Assembly: GCA_000091165.1 (NCBI GenBank)
Contig: FP565575.1
Coordinates: forward strand, 1,800,001-1,832,000
DNA from: Candidatus Methylomirabilis oxygeniifera
GTDB lineage: Bacteria; Methylomirabilota; Methylomirabilia; Methylomirabilales; Methylomirabilaceae
Direction: 5' to 3'
Length of the DNA stretch: 32,000 nt
The position numbers and the translations under genes are program-made. Below are positions 17,035 to 26,457 of this stretch, one piece after another; the first letter of the stretch is position 1; every line of letters starts with the position of its first letter. The notes under the pieces are model-generated. The model was not told where the DNA came from. It worked only from the letters and a program-made list of their open reading frames with translations, and did no database searches.

Positions 17035-18567
17035 CTAGCCCTCCAGCAACTGATATTTCCCGGGTGCCAGCGATTCTTCCGGAACCAGGACAATCTCCCC
17101 GCCATAGGTCTGCTGGAGCGCTTCGATCACCTCGCCGTCTTCTGCCTGGAACCAGCCGATTAGGTCGGGATGGGCACGGATCCGGACCAGCGGGATTCGC
17201 TTGCTGAACAGCCGCCACTCGACCTCCCGAAGGACTTGATGGGCAATGGAGGGGGTTGAACGGATATGGCCAAGACCGCCGCACTCCGGGCAGGACGCGC
17301 TCAGGGCTTTATTCAAGCCTTGGCGGACCCGCTTCCGCGTCATCTCAACCAGGCCCAGCTCCGACAGAAGCGAGACGTTGGTCGGCGACCGGTCCGGCTT
17401 CAACGCCTCCTTCAGTTCCTGGACCACCCGATCCCTGCTCTCCTGCCGAGCCATATCGATGAAGTCGATGATAATGATCCCACCCAGGTCTCGTAAGCGC
17501 ACCTGGCGCGCAATCTCCTGGGCCGCCTCCAGGTTGGTCTTGAGGACCGTCTCTTCAAAATCGTGCTTACCGACATACTTGCCGGTATTGACATCGATGG
17601 AGACCAACGCCTCCGTCTCTTCCAACACGATGTAGCCTCCCGATTTCAGCCACGCCTTGTGTCGCAGCGCCTTCTCAACCTCCCGTTCGATGCCGAACGA
17701 CTTGAAGATCGGTTCGTCCTCGGTGTAGAGAAACAGATGCGACTTCAGCTCGGGATGCAGCGACTCGGCATACTCCAGGCACCGCTCGTACTCCGTCGGA
17801 CTGTCCACCACCAGACGGACCACCTCCTTCGTGAAGAGGTCGCGGAAAATCCGGAAGATCAGGTCCAGGTCCTTCTGGACCAATGCCGGGGCGGCGAGCG
17901 TTTCGGCCTTGCCTTTGATCTTTTTCCAGAGGGATCGGAGAAACTCGAGATCGGCCTCGATCTCCGCTCTCTCCTTACCGACCCCGGCGGTCCTGACGAT
18001 CACCCCCTCCCGTTGAGGGTTGATCTCTTCGATGATCTGCTTCAGCCTGGACCGTTCTCCCTCGTTCTCGATCTTCCGCGAGACCCCGACGTGCTGCTCG
18101 GTAGGCATATAGACCAGATAGCGGCCGGGCAGGGTGATGTGCGAGGTAATGCGAGCGCCCTTGGTCCCAAGCGGCTCCCGGGCCACCTGCGCGACAATCT
18201 CCTGCCCCTCCTTGAGGATCTCTTCGATGCTGGCCTGTGGGCGGCGACCTCGAGAGAAGGTCGGCCTCGGCTCCTCGTCGGGAGATTCGGCAGACTCGCC
18301 CTCCTCCCCGATGGTGAGCAACTGCTCATACTCTTCCACATCCTCAAAGATGTCCCGGACGTACAGAAAGGCGTCCTTTGCCAGACCCAGATCGACGAAG
18401 GCCGCCTGCATCCCGGGAAGGATCTTGAGCACACGCCCTTTATAAATATTTCCGGCGATGCTCTTGTTCTTCGAATCGTCGATCAGCAGTTCAACCAGCA
18501 CGCCGTCCTCCAGGACGGCCACCCGGGTTTCCACTATCGAAGAGTTCACGATGATTTCGCGTTTCAT
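17035..18567 (-). CDS. rng: Ribonuclease G / E family
   Basis: MKREIIVNSSIVETRVAVLEDGVLVELLIDDSKNKSIAGNIYKGRVLKILPGMQAAFVDLGLAKDAFLYVRD...VSIDVNTGKYVGKHDFEETVLKTNLEAAQEIARQVRLRDLGGIIIIDFIDM...SECPECGGLG-type zinc link (CPECGGLG). Start ATG 18567. Confidence 0.95.
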   Translation of the reverse strand: MKREIIVNSSIVETRVAVLEDGVLVELLIDDSKNKSIAGNIYKGRVLKILPGMQAAFVDLGLAKDAFLYVRDIFEDVEEYEQLLTIGEEGESAESPDEEPRPTFSRGRRPQASIEEILKEGQEIVAQVAREPLGTKGARITSHITLPGRYLVYMPTEQHVGVSRKIENEGERSRLKQIIEEINPQREGVIVRTAGVGKERAEIEADLEFLRSLWKKIKGKAETLAAPALVQKDLDLIFRIFRDLFTKEVVRLVVDSPTEYERCLEYAESLHPELKSHLFLYTEDEPIFKSFGIEREVEKALRHKAWLKSGGYIVLEETEALVSIDVNTGKYVGKHDFEETVLKTNLEAAQEIARQVRLRDLGGIIIIDFIDMARQESRDRVVQELKEALKPDRSPTNVSLLSELGLVEMTRKRVRQGLNKALSASCPECGGLGHIRSTPSIAHQVLREVEWRLFSKRIPLVRIRAHPDLIGWFQAEDGEVIEALQQTYGGEIVLVPEESLAPGKYQLLEG

Positions 18568-21167
18568 TGGTCGCCGTCCAGGATCAGAGCCGTTCTCGCC
18601 ACGCGCAATTTCGTCTCCCACCCATCATACCGGCCGTTGAGGGTCTCCTTCAAGAGGTGAGCCATAATCACGTGCGGTCGTACACCACCACCCTGACCCG
18701 CACTCAGGTGGATGTCCCAGCAAAGCGCCCCTTCTTCCTCCCCCAAGACTACCAACTCCCGGATCTGCGGACGGGCGTCCACCTCGACCCGCCTCTCCTT
18801 CCGCTCTACACTCACCGGAATGCTGGGTCGATCGAGCCACTCATCGCAGAGCGCCTGAGTGCGAAGCCGCTCGCCAATCTCTTGAGCACAGCCGTTCAGG
18901 GGCAACGACACGCGATAGGCGGCCTCCCGTACTGACGTCGTCAGCGATGGCGCCGTCAACGGAACCTCCCAGGCGCGAAGCAACTGCAGTTCGGCCGCAA
19001 GGCAACGATTGACCCGCTCCACCAACTCCTCCGGCGCCATGGCCACGCGAAGCTCGATGTCCGCTAATTCCTGTCGCCCCTCAACCCCCACCGGAAGCGC
19101 GAGGGCACACGACAGTTTCGGCTGGGGGTTAAACCCCTGCGAGTAGGCCAGGGCAATCCCGGCCCGACGCAACGCTCGGCCCAGCGCCCTCATCAACTCC
19201 AGATGCGACAGAAACCGGAGCATCCCAATCTTCTGAAAAACACACCGAATGCGCTGTACCGGCGCTTCATGCAAAGTGTTGAGTGTTGAGTGTTGAGTGT
19301 TGAGCCCGCTAGCAGGATCAACACAGCGTGGACTTGCCGCTTGACACTTATCACTAGACACTGTCATTCCCACCTGTTCCGCCCAAGTCGGCCAACTCGG
19401 CATGCAGATCTCGCCGCAGGCCGTACAGGCGGCTGTATGACAATCGGGCGTCCCGCGAACCTCCATGGCCTTCTTGTACTCCCGCTGCAGGAACGCCTTG
19501 TTGACACCGGAGTCGATATGATCCCACGGCAACGGCTCATCTACGTTACGCGGCCGATTCGCGAACGCCCTCGGATCAATCCCCGTCTCGTCGAAGGCCT
19601 GCATCCACCGGTCGAACTTCAGATGTTCGGTCCAGCCGTCAAACCGGCACCCCAGCTCGTAGCCGCGCCGGACAACGCGCCCAAGCGAACGGTCGCCCAG
19701 CGAGAACACCGCCTCCAGAAACGAGGACTGGACGTTATGCCACTTATACGACACCCTGATCTCCCGAAACTTCCGTCTCAGGAACTCCTGCTTGTCCTTG
19801 AGCATCTCCATCGGCTCCTGGGCACACCACTGGAAGGGCGTATGCGGCTTCGGCACAAATGAGGAGGTGCTGACCGTCAGTCCAAAGCCTCTCGTCGACT
19901 CGGCCCGCGCGATCCTCGCCGATTCCCGCGTGATCCGAACGATTTCGTCCAGATCTTCCTGTGTCTCGGTCGGCAGTCCGATGATAAAGTAAAACTTGAC
20001 CGACTCCCAACCCGCCCTGGCGGCGTTCCGTACGGCCGTGAAGATCTGCTCCTCGTCGAACCCCTCCTTGTTGATCACCTTCCGAAGCCGACTGCTTCCG
20101 GCTTCCGGCGCGATGGTGAAGCCGGTCTTCCGAACCCGGCTGATCTCCTCGGCCACCTGCGGAAACCGGTTCAGCGTTTCGACCCGGAGAGAGGGAAGCG
20201 ACAGCGAGATCTTCTCCGGCAGGAGCCGGTCCATCAATGCAGGCACCACGTCGGGCAGGACTGTCAGATCGGCGATGCTCAACGAGGCGAGGGAGACCTC
20301 TTCGTATCCCGTCTGCCGGACCGCCTGCACGGCCAACTGCTGGATCTCCTCCGCCGATCGCTCTCGAAGTGGCCGATACAGGTAGCCCGCCTGGCAAAAC
20401 CGGCACCCCTGGGTACAGCCCCGCATCACCTCGATGCTCACGCGGTCGTGAACGATCTCCATGAACGGGACCGGGAAGGCGCCGTAATCGATCCCGTCCA
20501 GATGGATCGCCGTCCGTTTGCGGATGGTCTCGCCCTGGTGGAGTGCCGGGACGTAGCAGCCCGGGATCCTGGCCCATGCTTCAAGCAGCGCGTCACGCCG
20601 CCCGCCTGAGGCTTTCCATGCGGCCGCCGCCTCGCAGACCTCGAGGACGACCTCCTCACCGTCGCCCAGGACGAACAGATCGATGAACTCCGCGATCGGC
20701 TCGGGGTTGAAGCCGACGGACCCGCCCGCAATCACAAACGGATCGCCTTCCCGCCGCTCAGCACTTCCCAAAGGGACGCCGGCCAGGTCTAACATATTCA
20801 GGATCGTCGTATAGGAGAGTTCATACTGGAGGGTGAAGCCGATGAGATCGAAATCGGCCAGACTGTAACCGGATTCAAGGGTACACAGCGGAATCCGCCC
20901 CCGCCGCAGCAGCGCTTCCGCATCGGGCCAGGGCGCATAGACCCGTTCCGTCATAAACTCCGGTCGCCGGTTCAAGATCTGGTACAGAATCTTCAGGCCG
21001 ACATGGGACATGCCGATTTCGTAGGTATCGGGAAAGGCGAGGGCAATCTTCACAGATGTTGCGGCGGGGTCTTTCCTGACGGCGTTCCACTCCATTCCGA
21101 TATAGCGAGACGGCTTGCTGACCCCGGGAAGAATCTCGTCCACTATCGCTTGTCGGAAGCTACGCAC
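18564..21167 (-). CDS. Radical SAM fusion protein: B12-binding-like/radical SAM N-terminal part plus DUF2344 (TIGR03936-like) C-terminal part
   Basis: FPDTYEIGMSHVGLKILYQILN...VEVMRGCTQGCRFCQAGYLYRP radical SAM cysteine motif; C-terminal RIRCVFQKIGMLRFLSHLELMRALGRALRRAGIALAYSQGFNPQPKLSCALALPVGVEG. Confidence 0.9.
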   Translation of the reverse strand: MRSFRQAIVDEILPGVSKPSRYIGMEWNAVRKDPAATSVKIALAFPDTYEIGMSHVGLKILYQILNRRPEFMTERVYAPWPDAEALLRRGRIPLCTLESGYSLADFDLIGFTLQYELSYTTILNMLDLAGVPLGSAERREGDPFVIAGGSVGFNPEPIAEFIDLFVLGDGEEVVLEVCEAAAAWKASGGRRDALLEAWARIPGCYVPALHQGETIRKRTAIHLDGIDYGAFPVPFMEIVHDRVSIEVMRGCTQGCRFCQAGYLYRPLRERSAEEIQQLAVQAVRQTGYEEVSLASLSIADLTVLPDVVPALMDRLLPEKISLSLPSLRVETLNRFPQVAEEISRVRKTGFTIAPEAGSSRLRKVINKEGFDEEQIFTAVRNAARAGWESVKFYFIIGLPTETQEDLDEIVRITRESARIARAESTRGFGLTVSTSSFVPKPHTPFQWCAQEPMEMLKDKQEFLRRKFREIRVSYKWHNVQSSFLEAVFSLGDRSLGRVVRRGYELGCRFDGWTEHLKFDRWMQAFDETGIDPRAFANRPRNVDEPLPWDHIDSGVNKAFLQREYKKAMEVRGTPDCHTAACTACGEICMPSWPTWAEQVGMTVSSDKCQAASPRCVDPASGLNTQHSTLNTLHEAPVQRIRCVFQKIGMLRFLSHLELMRALGRALRRAGIALAYSQGFNPQPKLSCALALPVGVEGRQELADIELRVAMAPEELVERVNRCLAAELQLLRAWEVPLTAPSLTTSVREAAYRVSLPLNGCAQEIGERLRTQALCDEWLDRPSIPVSVERKERRVEVDARPQIRELVVLGEEEGALCWDIHLSAGQGGGVRPHVIMAHLLKETLNGRYDGWETKLRVARTALILDGDQ
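19273..19363. repeat. Heptad-phased (AGTGTTG)n palindromic element inside a coding sequence
   Basis: AGTGTTGAGTGTTGAGTGTTGAGTGTTGAG at 19275-19304 and degenerate inverted copy CTTGACACTTATCACTAGACACT ending near 19362. Confidence 0.85.
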
Positions 21168-21310
21168 TCAGGCGTCTCCTTATTCAGGTGCAGTGTATAC
21201 TGCGTCTGACAAATCATACACGAAGCCCGCGCGAAAGGCAATCCTGGAACAGTGCGTATGAGACGCGGCGTGGCGGGAAGCGGCACGTGGAGGACAGGGC
21301 CTCTGCACCT

Positions 21311-22024
21311 CTATGGTTCAATCAGGTGAGCGCGCAACGCATATCGCACTAACGCTGTTCGGTTGTCAACCTGCAGCTTCTTGCGGATTCGCGCGGCATG
21401 GTTCTCAACGGTCCGAACGGACAGTTGGAGACTCTCAGCGATCTCTCTATCGGGTAAACCCTGTGCGATATGCTGGAGCACCTGTGTCTCACGCAACGTC
21501 AGGCGCGCGCCCAGGCTGTCGTGCAACGGCTCCTCGATAAGTGGAGCCGCCGGATCGCTTATTCGCGTATAGACGATGCCGGGCGTCGTCAGGCTCTCCT
21601 CGCTGCTTCGATAGTAGATCGCGAAGCTACAGTGGAGCGGCGGCGTCTCCGAGCAGCTGCTCACACAGACCTTGACGTCGCCGATCGCCTCCGCCATGGC
21701 CCCACCAAAGAGCGCGGAGCCCAACTCGCATAGGTACGATTCGGGCTCATCCGGCTCCGTAGCCTGGCACCCCAGCACATCGACGCGAATCACGCCCTCC
21801 GACTCGACCGCAACCCGAAGCGTCCAGCCGAACTGCCCCCCTATCTCCTTCAGACACTCGGCCCAAGTATAGCCTTTTGGTCGTCCACCAGCCTGACGCA
21901 CCTGACAATACTCAGTCACCGCCTGCCGACCCAACTGCGCTCCGACACTGCGAAGCGTCTCCTGGAGCATCAGAGGGTCGAGCTGCCTCGCGGCGGCGCG
22001 AATTAGCCCAATCAGCGCCTCCAT
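21311..22024 (-). CDS. LuxR-type transcriptional regulator with N-terminal sensor-like domain
   Basis: C-terminal LTLRETQVLQHIAQGLPDREIAESLQLSVRTVENHAARIRKKLQVDNRTALVRYAL is a canonical LuxR HTH; the N-terminal half shares homology with the product at 25239..26012. Confidence 0.88.
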   Translation of the reverse strand: MEALIGLIRAAARQLDPLMLQETLRSVGAQLGRQAVTEYCQVRQAGGRPKGYTWAECLKEIGGQFGWTLRVAVESEGVIRVDVLGCQATEPDEPESYLCELGSALFGGAMAEAIGDVKVCVSSCSETPPLHCSFAIYYRSSEESLTTPGIVYTRISDPAAPLIEEPLHDSLGARLTLRETQVLQHIAQGLPDREIAESLQLSVRTVENHAARIRKKLQVDNRTALVRYALRAHLIEP

Positions 22025-22257
22025 TTAGCAGTGCCTGCCGAGGCATCGGTTGCCGACTACCGGTCTTCTCGCGAGCGTCACGGCCATCCCAGGCTTTCCT
22101 CATACCCACCCTGTATCCGGTAAAAGAACAAGGGCCAATACGATGAGGCCGTATTTGGCTGACAGCGAAGCATCAACTTACGTACAGTATAGGGTGATGA
22201 GGGCAAATGTACCTCTCTCTCTCTCTGGATTTTTTTCGCGCGCGTATGCCCTGCTCC

Positions 22258-22352
22258 CTACCGATTGCCCACAGGGGCACGAAGCGCAAATCGGACCAGC
22301 GCCGTACGGCTGCCGATCCCAAGCTTATAGCTGATCTGCGCGGCATGACTCA
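22258..22352 (-). pseudogene. C-terminal remnant of a third LuxR-type HTH regulator
   Basis: Minus-strand translation ...GRLEGMSHAAQISYKLGIGSRTALVRFALRAPVGNR* aligns to TVENHAARIRKKLQVDNRTALVRYALR; DNA GCTGGTCCGATTTGCG is shared with the gene at 25239. Confidence 0.6.
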
Positions 22353-22384
22353 TTCCCTCGAGTCTGCCGATGGGCATCCGTGAT

Positions 22385-22813
22385 TCAGCGCTTCAGGACG
22401 TCCGCGACGGTCCTTAATAGGGCGCGGGAATCGAGAGGTTTTGGAAGGTAGGCGGCGCAACCGGCCTCCATGGCCTTTGCGTACAGTTCCGGTTGGGCAT
22501 AGGCAGTCATGACGATGATCGGAATCGATCGCGTGGCGCCATGCGCCTTGAGGCTCCGGATGAGTGTCACACCGTCGATGTGGGGGAGTTGCAGATCCAT
22601 GATGATGAGATCCGGCCGCTCGGTCGCGACCAGTTCCGGTAGGCCGACTCCATCCTCCGCCGATAGGACGGTATACCCCGCGGTCTCGAGGATCGCCGTC
22701 GCCAGCTCCCGGCTCAGCGCGTGATCCTCCACAATCAGGATCGCGGCCGACGTCAACACCCCTTCTCCATATCCCGGCCCGCAGGCGGCGTCATGGGCAG
22801 TCGCACCGTACAA
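22385..22813 (-). CDS. Single-domain response regulator (CheY-like receiver)
   Basis: AILIVEDHALSRELATAILETAGYTVLSAEDG...ERPDLIIMDLQLPHIDGVTLIRSLK...PIIVMTAYA...AGCAAYLPKPLD. A likelier start is GTG near 22759 (VLTSAAILIVEDH). Confidence 0.92.
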   Translation of the reverse strand: MYGATAHDAACGPGYGEGVLTSAAILIVEDHALSRELATAILETAGYTVLSAEDGVGLPELVATERPDLIIMDLQLPHIDGVTLIRSLKAHGATRSIPIIVMTAYAQPELYAKAMEAGCAAYLPKPLDSRALLRTVADVLKR

Positions 22814-24987
22814 CGGCTCCCCTGACCCGGTCCGGCCGACGTTACCGTAATCGTCCCCCCGTGCAGTTCGACCAACTGTTTGGTCAGCGCGAGACCCAAC
22901 CCGCTCCCCTGAAACTGCTTCGTCGTCTCGATTTCGAGCTGGGTGAAGCGTGTAAAGAGCCGAGACAGATCCTCCGCCGCGATTCCGATTCCGGTGTCCG
23001 TGACGGCGATTTCGACGAAATCGCCGGAATGGTGGAGGGTAGTGGGTATAGGGTGTGGGGGGGCTTCCACACCCGACTCTCTCCTCCCTAGCGAAGCGGA
23101 CACCCTGATCGTTCCGCCTTCAGGGGTAAACTTGACGGCATTCGACAGCAGGTTGTAGATAATCTGCTTGAAGCGGACCGGGTCGGCAGTGAGGGTGATC
23201 GGCGCAGTATCAATGTCCGGCACAATGGTGAGGCGCTTGGCGTCGGCGACAGGCTGAATCTCGTAGACGGCAACAGTAAGCGCCTCGGAGAGGTCGAAGG
23301 GCTCGAGGCGCAGGGTCAGTTTGCCCGCCTCGACCTTGGACAGATCCAGCAGGTCGTTGATCAGCGCGAGCAAGTGGCGACCGCTGGTCTGGATATGATT
23401 GGCGTAACGGGCCTGTTTGGCGGTCAGCGGCCCAAAGGTCTGGTCGCACAGCAGGTCGGAAAAGCCGAGGATGGCGTTGAGAGGGGTCCGCAGTTCGTGG
23501 GACATGTTGGTCAGAAAGGCGGTCTTGTGGCGAGAGGCGTCCGCCAGATGGCCGTTGGCGATCTGCAACTCACGGGTCCTGACCTCGACCAGGCGCTCCA
23601 ACTCGTGGCTGTAACGCACCACCTCCGCGTGAAGCTGAGCATTTCGCAGGGCGGAGGCCAGCGGTTCTATGAAGCTGCTCAGCATCGTCACGTGGTCCTG
23701 GGTGTAGGCGCCAGGTAGACGGCTATCCAGCGTGATGGACCCGACCGCCTCCCCACTGATCAGCAAGGGCAGTGTCAAGACCGAACGGATCCCCTCTCGC
23801 GCGACAAATGCCTCATCGGCAAAGGTCTGCTCTCGCGGCAGGTCCTGGATCAGTCGAGGAATTTTTTGGTCCATGACCCACTCGACAGCGGTCTTGCCAG
23901 ACGAACGCCACGTCTTCCCCTGAAAACACTCCAAAGGAGGCTCGGCGAACGACAGTACCGTGACCAGCTTCTCTCCTTCCCGAACCACGACGCAGATCCG
24001 ATCGCAGGAAATGAGCGTTGTGATGACTGTCGCAACGCTGGGGAAGACGTCCTCAAGCATGAACGACCGGCTCAAGAGCGCGGATACCTCATTGATCCCA
24101 CGCTGATACTCTTCCGCCGCAATCAGCGACGTCGCCTGCCAATAGATGCTCGCCGTCAACGTGATGATCGCGAACAGCACCATGACCGCCAGCCCGAACT
24201 CAGTGCCGAAGAAGCCGAACTGCTGTCCCTTTAATCGTACCCAACCCGCCAGGGCTGGAAGAAAGATCGCAACAATCAACAGCCGACGCATGGCGACAGC
24301 AGCAATCGTATCGCTCATCATGACGCCTACGATCCTATGTCCTGATCGAGTGAACACGATACCGATGGACAACGCAAGGAACAGGAAGGCCGTATGCGGA
24401 GCGACTGTCGCAAGAGGATAGACCTGATGGATCGCGACCCCGCCGTAGAGGTAGGCCACAAGGATCAAGAGCGCCACTAAGGAGACCGCAACGGCCACGT
24501 GCTCGGCAGGCTGATAGCCGTTGCGGGTCTTCACATCGAGCAGCAGGAGGGCGCCGCCAAGCAGCAGAAAGTTCAGTGCGCTCGCAAACGCCATCCGGCC
24601 CGGAGCATGATATGGTCCGGCAGCCGCCTGGAGATCCTTGACCAGCAGTTGGTCGATCCCGAGGTCCCACCCAAACAGATATTCGCTCAGCGTGAGCAGT
24701 CCCATCAGAACGACAGTCGCTGCGCAGACTCGGGCGAGCGGCCTGCTCCATCCACTGATGACGGACTCCGCCAGCAACAACCAGAGAGAGGCCCCGATCA
24801 GGACGAAGGCGAGCGCCGTGTTGGCCTGCATAGCAGGAAATCCCGACGCCGGGGCCTTGAGAACGGCCACGTCAAGCCACCAACCGATCAGCACCAGACC
24901 GCCGGCTACAATCGCGCCCGCGCTTACGGTCTGTGGAATCCACCGCAACCGTGATGAAAGCTGACGAAGGTCAGAGTGAATACTCAT
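22753..24987 (-). CDS. Membrane-bound GAF-domain sensor histidine kinase
   Basis: Multiple N-terminal TM helices, GAF-like region, HisKA box KTAFLTNMSHELRTPLNAILGFSDLL, HATPase N/G boxes (QIIYNLLSNAVKFTPEGG, VTDTGIGIAAEDLSRLFTRF, GSGLGLALTKQLVELHGG). Confidence 0.94.
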   Translation of the reverse strand: MSIHSDLRQLSSRLRWIPQTVSAGAIVAGGLVLIGWWLDVAVLKAPASGFPAMQANTALAFVLIGASLWLLLAESVISGWSRPLARVCAATVVLMGLLTLSEYLFGWDLGIDQLLVKDLQAAAGPYHAPGRMAFASALNFLLLGGALLLLDVKTRNGYQPAEHVAVAVSLVALLILVAYLYGGVAIHQVYPLATVAPHTAFLFLALSIGIVFTRSGHRIVGVMMSDTIAAVAMRRLLIVAIFLPALAGWVRLKGQQFGFFGTEFGLAVMVLFAIITLTASIYWQATSLIAAEEYQRGINEVSALLSRSFMLEDVFPSVATVITTLISCDRICVVVREGEKLVTVLSFAEPPLECFQGKTWRSSGKTAVEWVMDQKIPRLIQDLPREQTFADEAFVAREGIRSVLTLPLLISGEAVGSITLDSRLPGAYTQDHVTMLSSFIEPLASALRNAQLHAEVVRYSHELERLVEVRTRELQIANGHLADASRHKTAFLTNMSHELRTPLNAILGFSDLLCDQTFGPLTAKQARYANHIQTSGRHLLALINDLLDLSKVEAGKLTLRLEPFDLSEALTVAVYEIQPVADAKRLTIVPDIDTAPITLTADPVRFKQIIYNLLSNAVKFTPEGGTIRVSASLGRRESGVEAPPHPIPTTLHHSGDFVEIAVTDTGIGIAAEDLSRLFTRFTQLEIETTKQFQGSGLGLALTKQLVELHGGTITVTSAGPGQGSRCTVRLPMTPPAGRDMEKGC

Positions 24988-25238
24988 AACGTCTTATGAT
25001 ATGCTTCCGCTTAACATCTTTTGCTCCATAGGCACAAGTATAGCAGTATTTTTTCGAACACAAGAGTACAACTACTCACTGTCGTTGAAAACTTCTGAAT
25101 ATTTTGTTGACAAGACGCCGGCAAGACGAGCTTTCACCGGAATGTCGCCTGCCGACATGGCGATCATATGAGGCGAGGGGCAATACAGCGGAACCAGCGA
25201 GTGGAGCGCGAGCATGGCTCGGCTCTCTTTCTGCGCCT

Positions 25239-26012
25239 TCAGGACTCGATCAGACGATTGCGAAACGCAAATCGGACCAGCCCGGTACGATTTTCAATGT
25301 GAAGTTTCTGGCGGATCCGCGCGGCATGGTTCTCGATGGTCCGAACGGACCGCTGAAGCGTCCTGGCGATCTGCTTGTCGGAGAAGCCTTGCGCAATGAG
25401 CCGGAGGATCTGCTGTTCGCGCGGGGTCAGACGATCACCGGGCGCACCGTCCACCCACCAATCCCCAAGCGGGATCGACTTTTTTTCAATGTGCTGATGG
25501 ATCACGTCGGGTACTGTCGCACGGCCCTCAGACTCCCGGAGATAGATCATAAAGGCGCAGTTGAGCGGCGGTGTGCCTGAACATTGGCCGGCATAGATCC
25601 TTGCGTAACCGAGCGTCTCCGCAACAACCCCGGCAAAGAGCCCCGAGGCCAGTTCGCACAGGTATAACCCGGATTCACGCGATTCCGTAAAATGGCACTC
25701 GAGCACGGTGATCGTCAACACATCATCCGACTCGACCGTTACCCGGATGGTCCATCCGCACTACCGCCCTATCGCTTTCAGGCACTGCACGCACGCACGA
25801 GTGTCACACCGTCTCAACGTGCCGTGCCTCAGCCACCACTCGGAGGCCGCCAGCCGCCACTGCTCCGTCCCTCTGTCGCGAACAATCTCCTGGAATACCG
25901 AGGGGTGGATCTGCCGTGCCAACGCATGGATGACGGCACTCAGCGCCCTCGTGAGCAGCACCTGCGAACAGTGTGTTCGCTGACGACTCTTATTGCCAAC
26001 CTGCCGCTTCAC
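25239..26012 (-). pseudogene. LuxR-type regulator paralogue of 21311..22024 interrupted by an in-frame TAG at 25761-25763
   Basis: Reading through the TAG gives ...CVQCLKAIGR[*]CGWTIRVTVESDDVLTITVLECHFT..., colinear with ...WAECLKEIGGQFGWTLRVAVESEGVIRVDVLGCQAT... of the intact paralogue; both halves are in the same frame. Confidence 0.8.
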
Positions 26013-26334
26013 AGTATACCCCTCTTTGTTTCATCTCGTTTTCACGCTTCGCGGCACCCCAAGATGATCCCCAGGCAGGACAGATAGGCGATTCCTATTC
26101 TATTTCTATTGTGCGGGTGAGTACCCAATATGTACAAGCGTATATTTACGTATAATTGCTGAGTAGGACTACGCATCTTTCTCGAATAGCTCCCGGAGAT
26201 CCATCCGCTCGCTGCCGGTGATTCGAACACACGGCCACCCTAAAATAACTTTCACCCCACACCGCCGCGTGAGATAATGCTGCACAATGAACGACCCCAC
26301 GGTAAGCCTCAGGGTATCGTCTTCTGTTCTAGCC

Positions 26335-26400
26335 CGTCATTCCGTGCTTGACACGGAATCCAGTGGGGCCTTCTGGATACCGGCTTTCGCCGGTATGACG
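26335..26400. repeat. CGTCATTCC-type palindromic interspersed repeat
   Basis: CGTCATTCCGTGCTTGACACGGAATCCAGTGGGGCCTTCTGGATACCGGCTTTCGCCGGTATGACG; two internal hairpins, matches the reverse complement of 15718..15780 with compensatory changes. Confidence 0.8.
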
Positions 26401-26457
26401 AACTCGCGGTAAGTCGCAGGGAATGAGCCCCCGGTGGATTCACAGGAGGATCGGACG

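Noticed and set aside
16958-17284. 108-aa minus-strand ORF (16958..17284)
   Set aside because: Overlaps the 3' end of rng in another frame and has shadow-ORF composition.
17563-18660. 365-aa plus-strand ORF antisense to rng
   Set aside because: Long only because of high GC; the antisense frame encodes unmistakable RNase G motifs.
19744-20577. 277-aa minus-strand ORF inside the radical-SAM gene
   Set aside because: Alternative frame of a well-supported gene; Gly/Arg-rich shadow translation.
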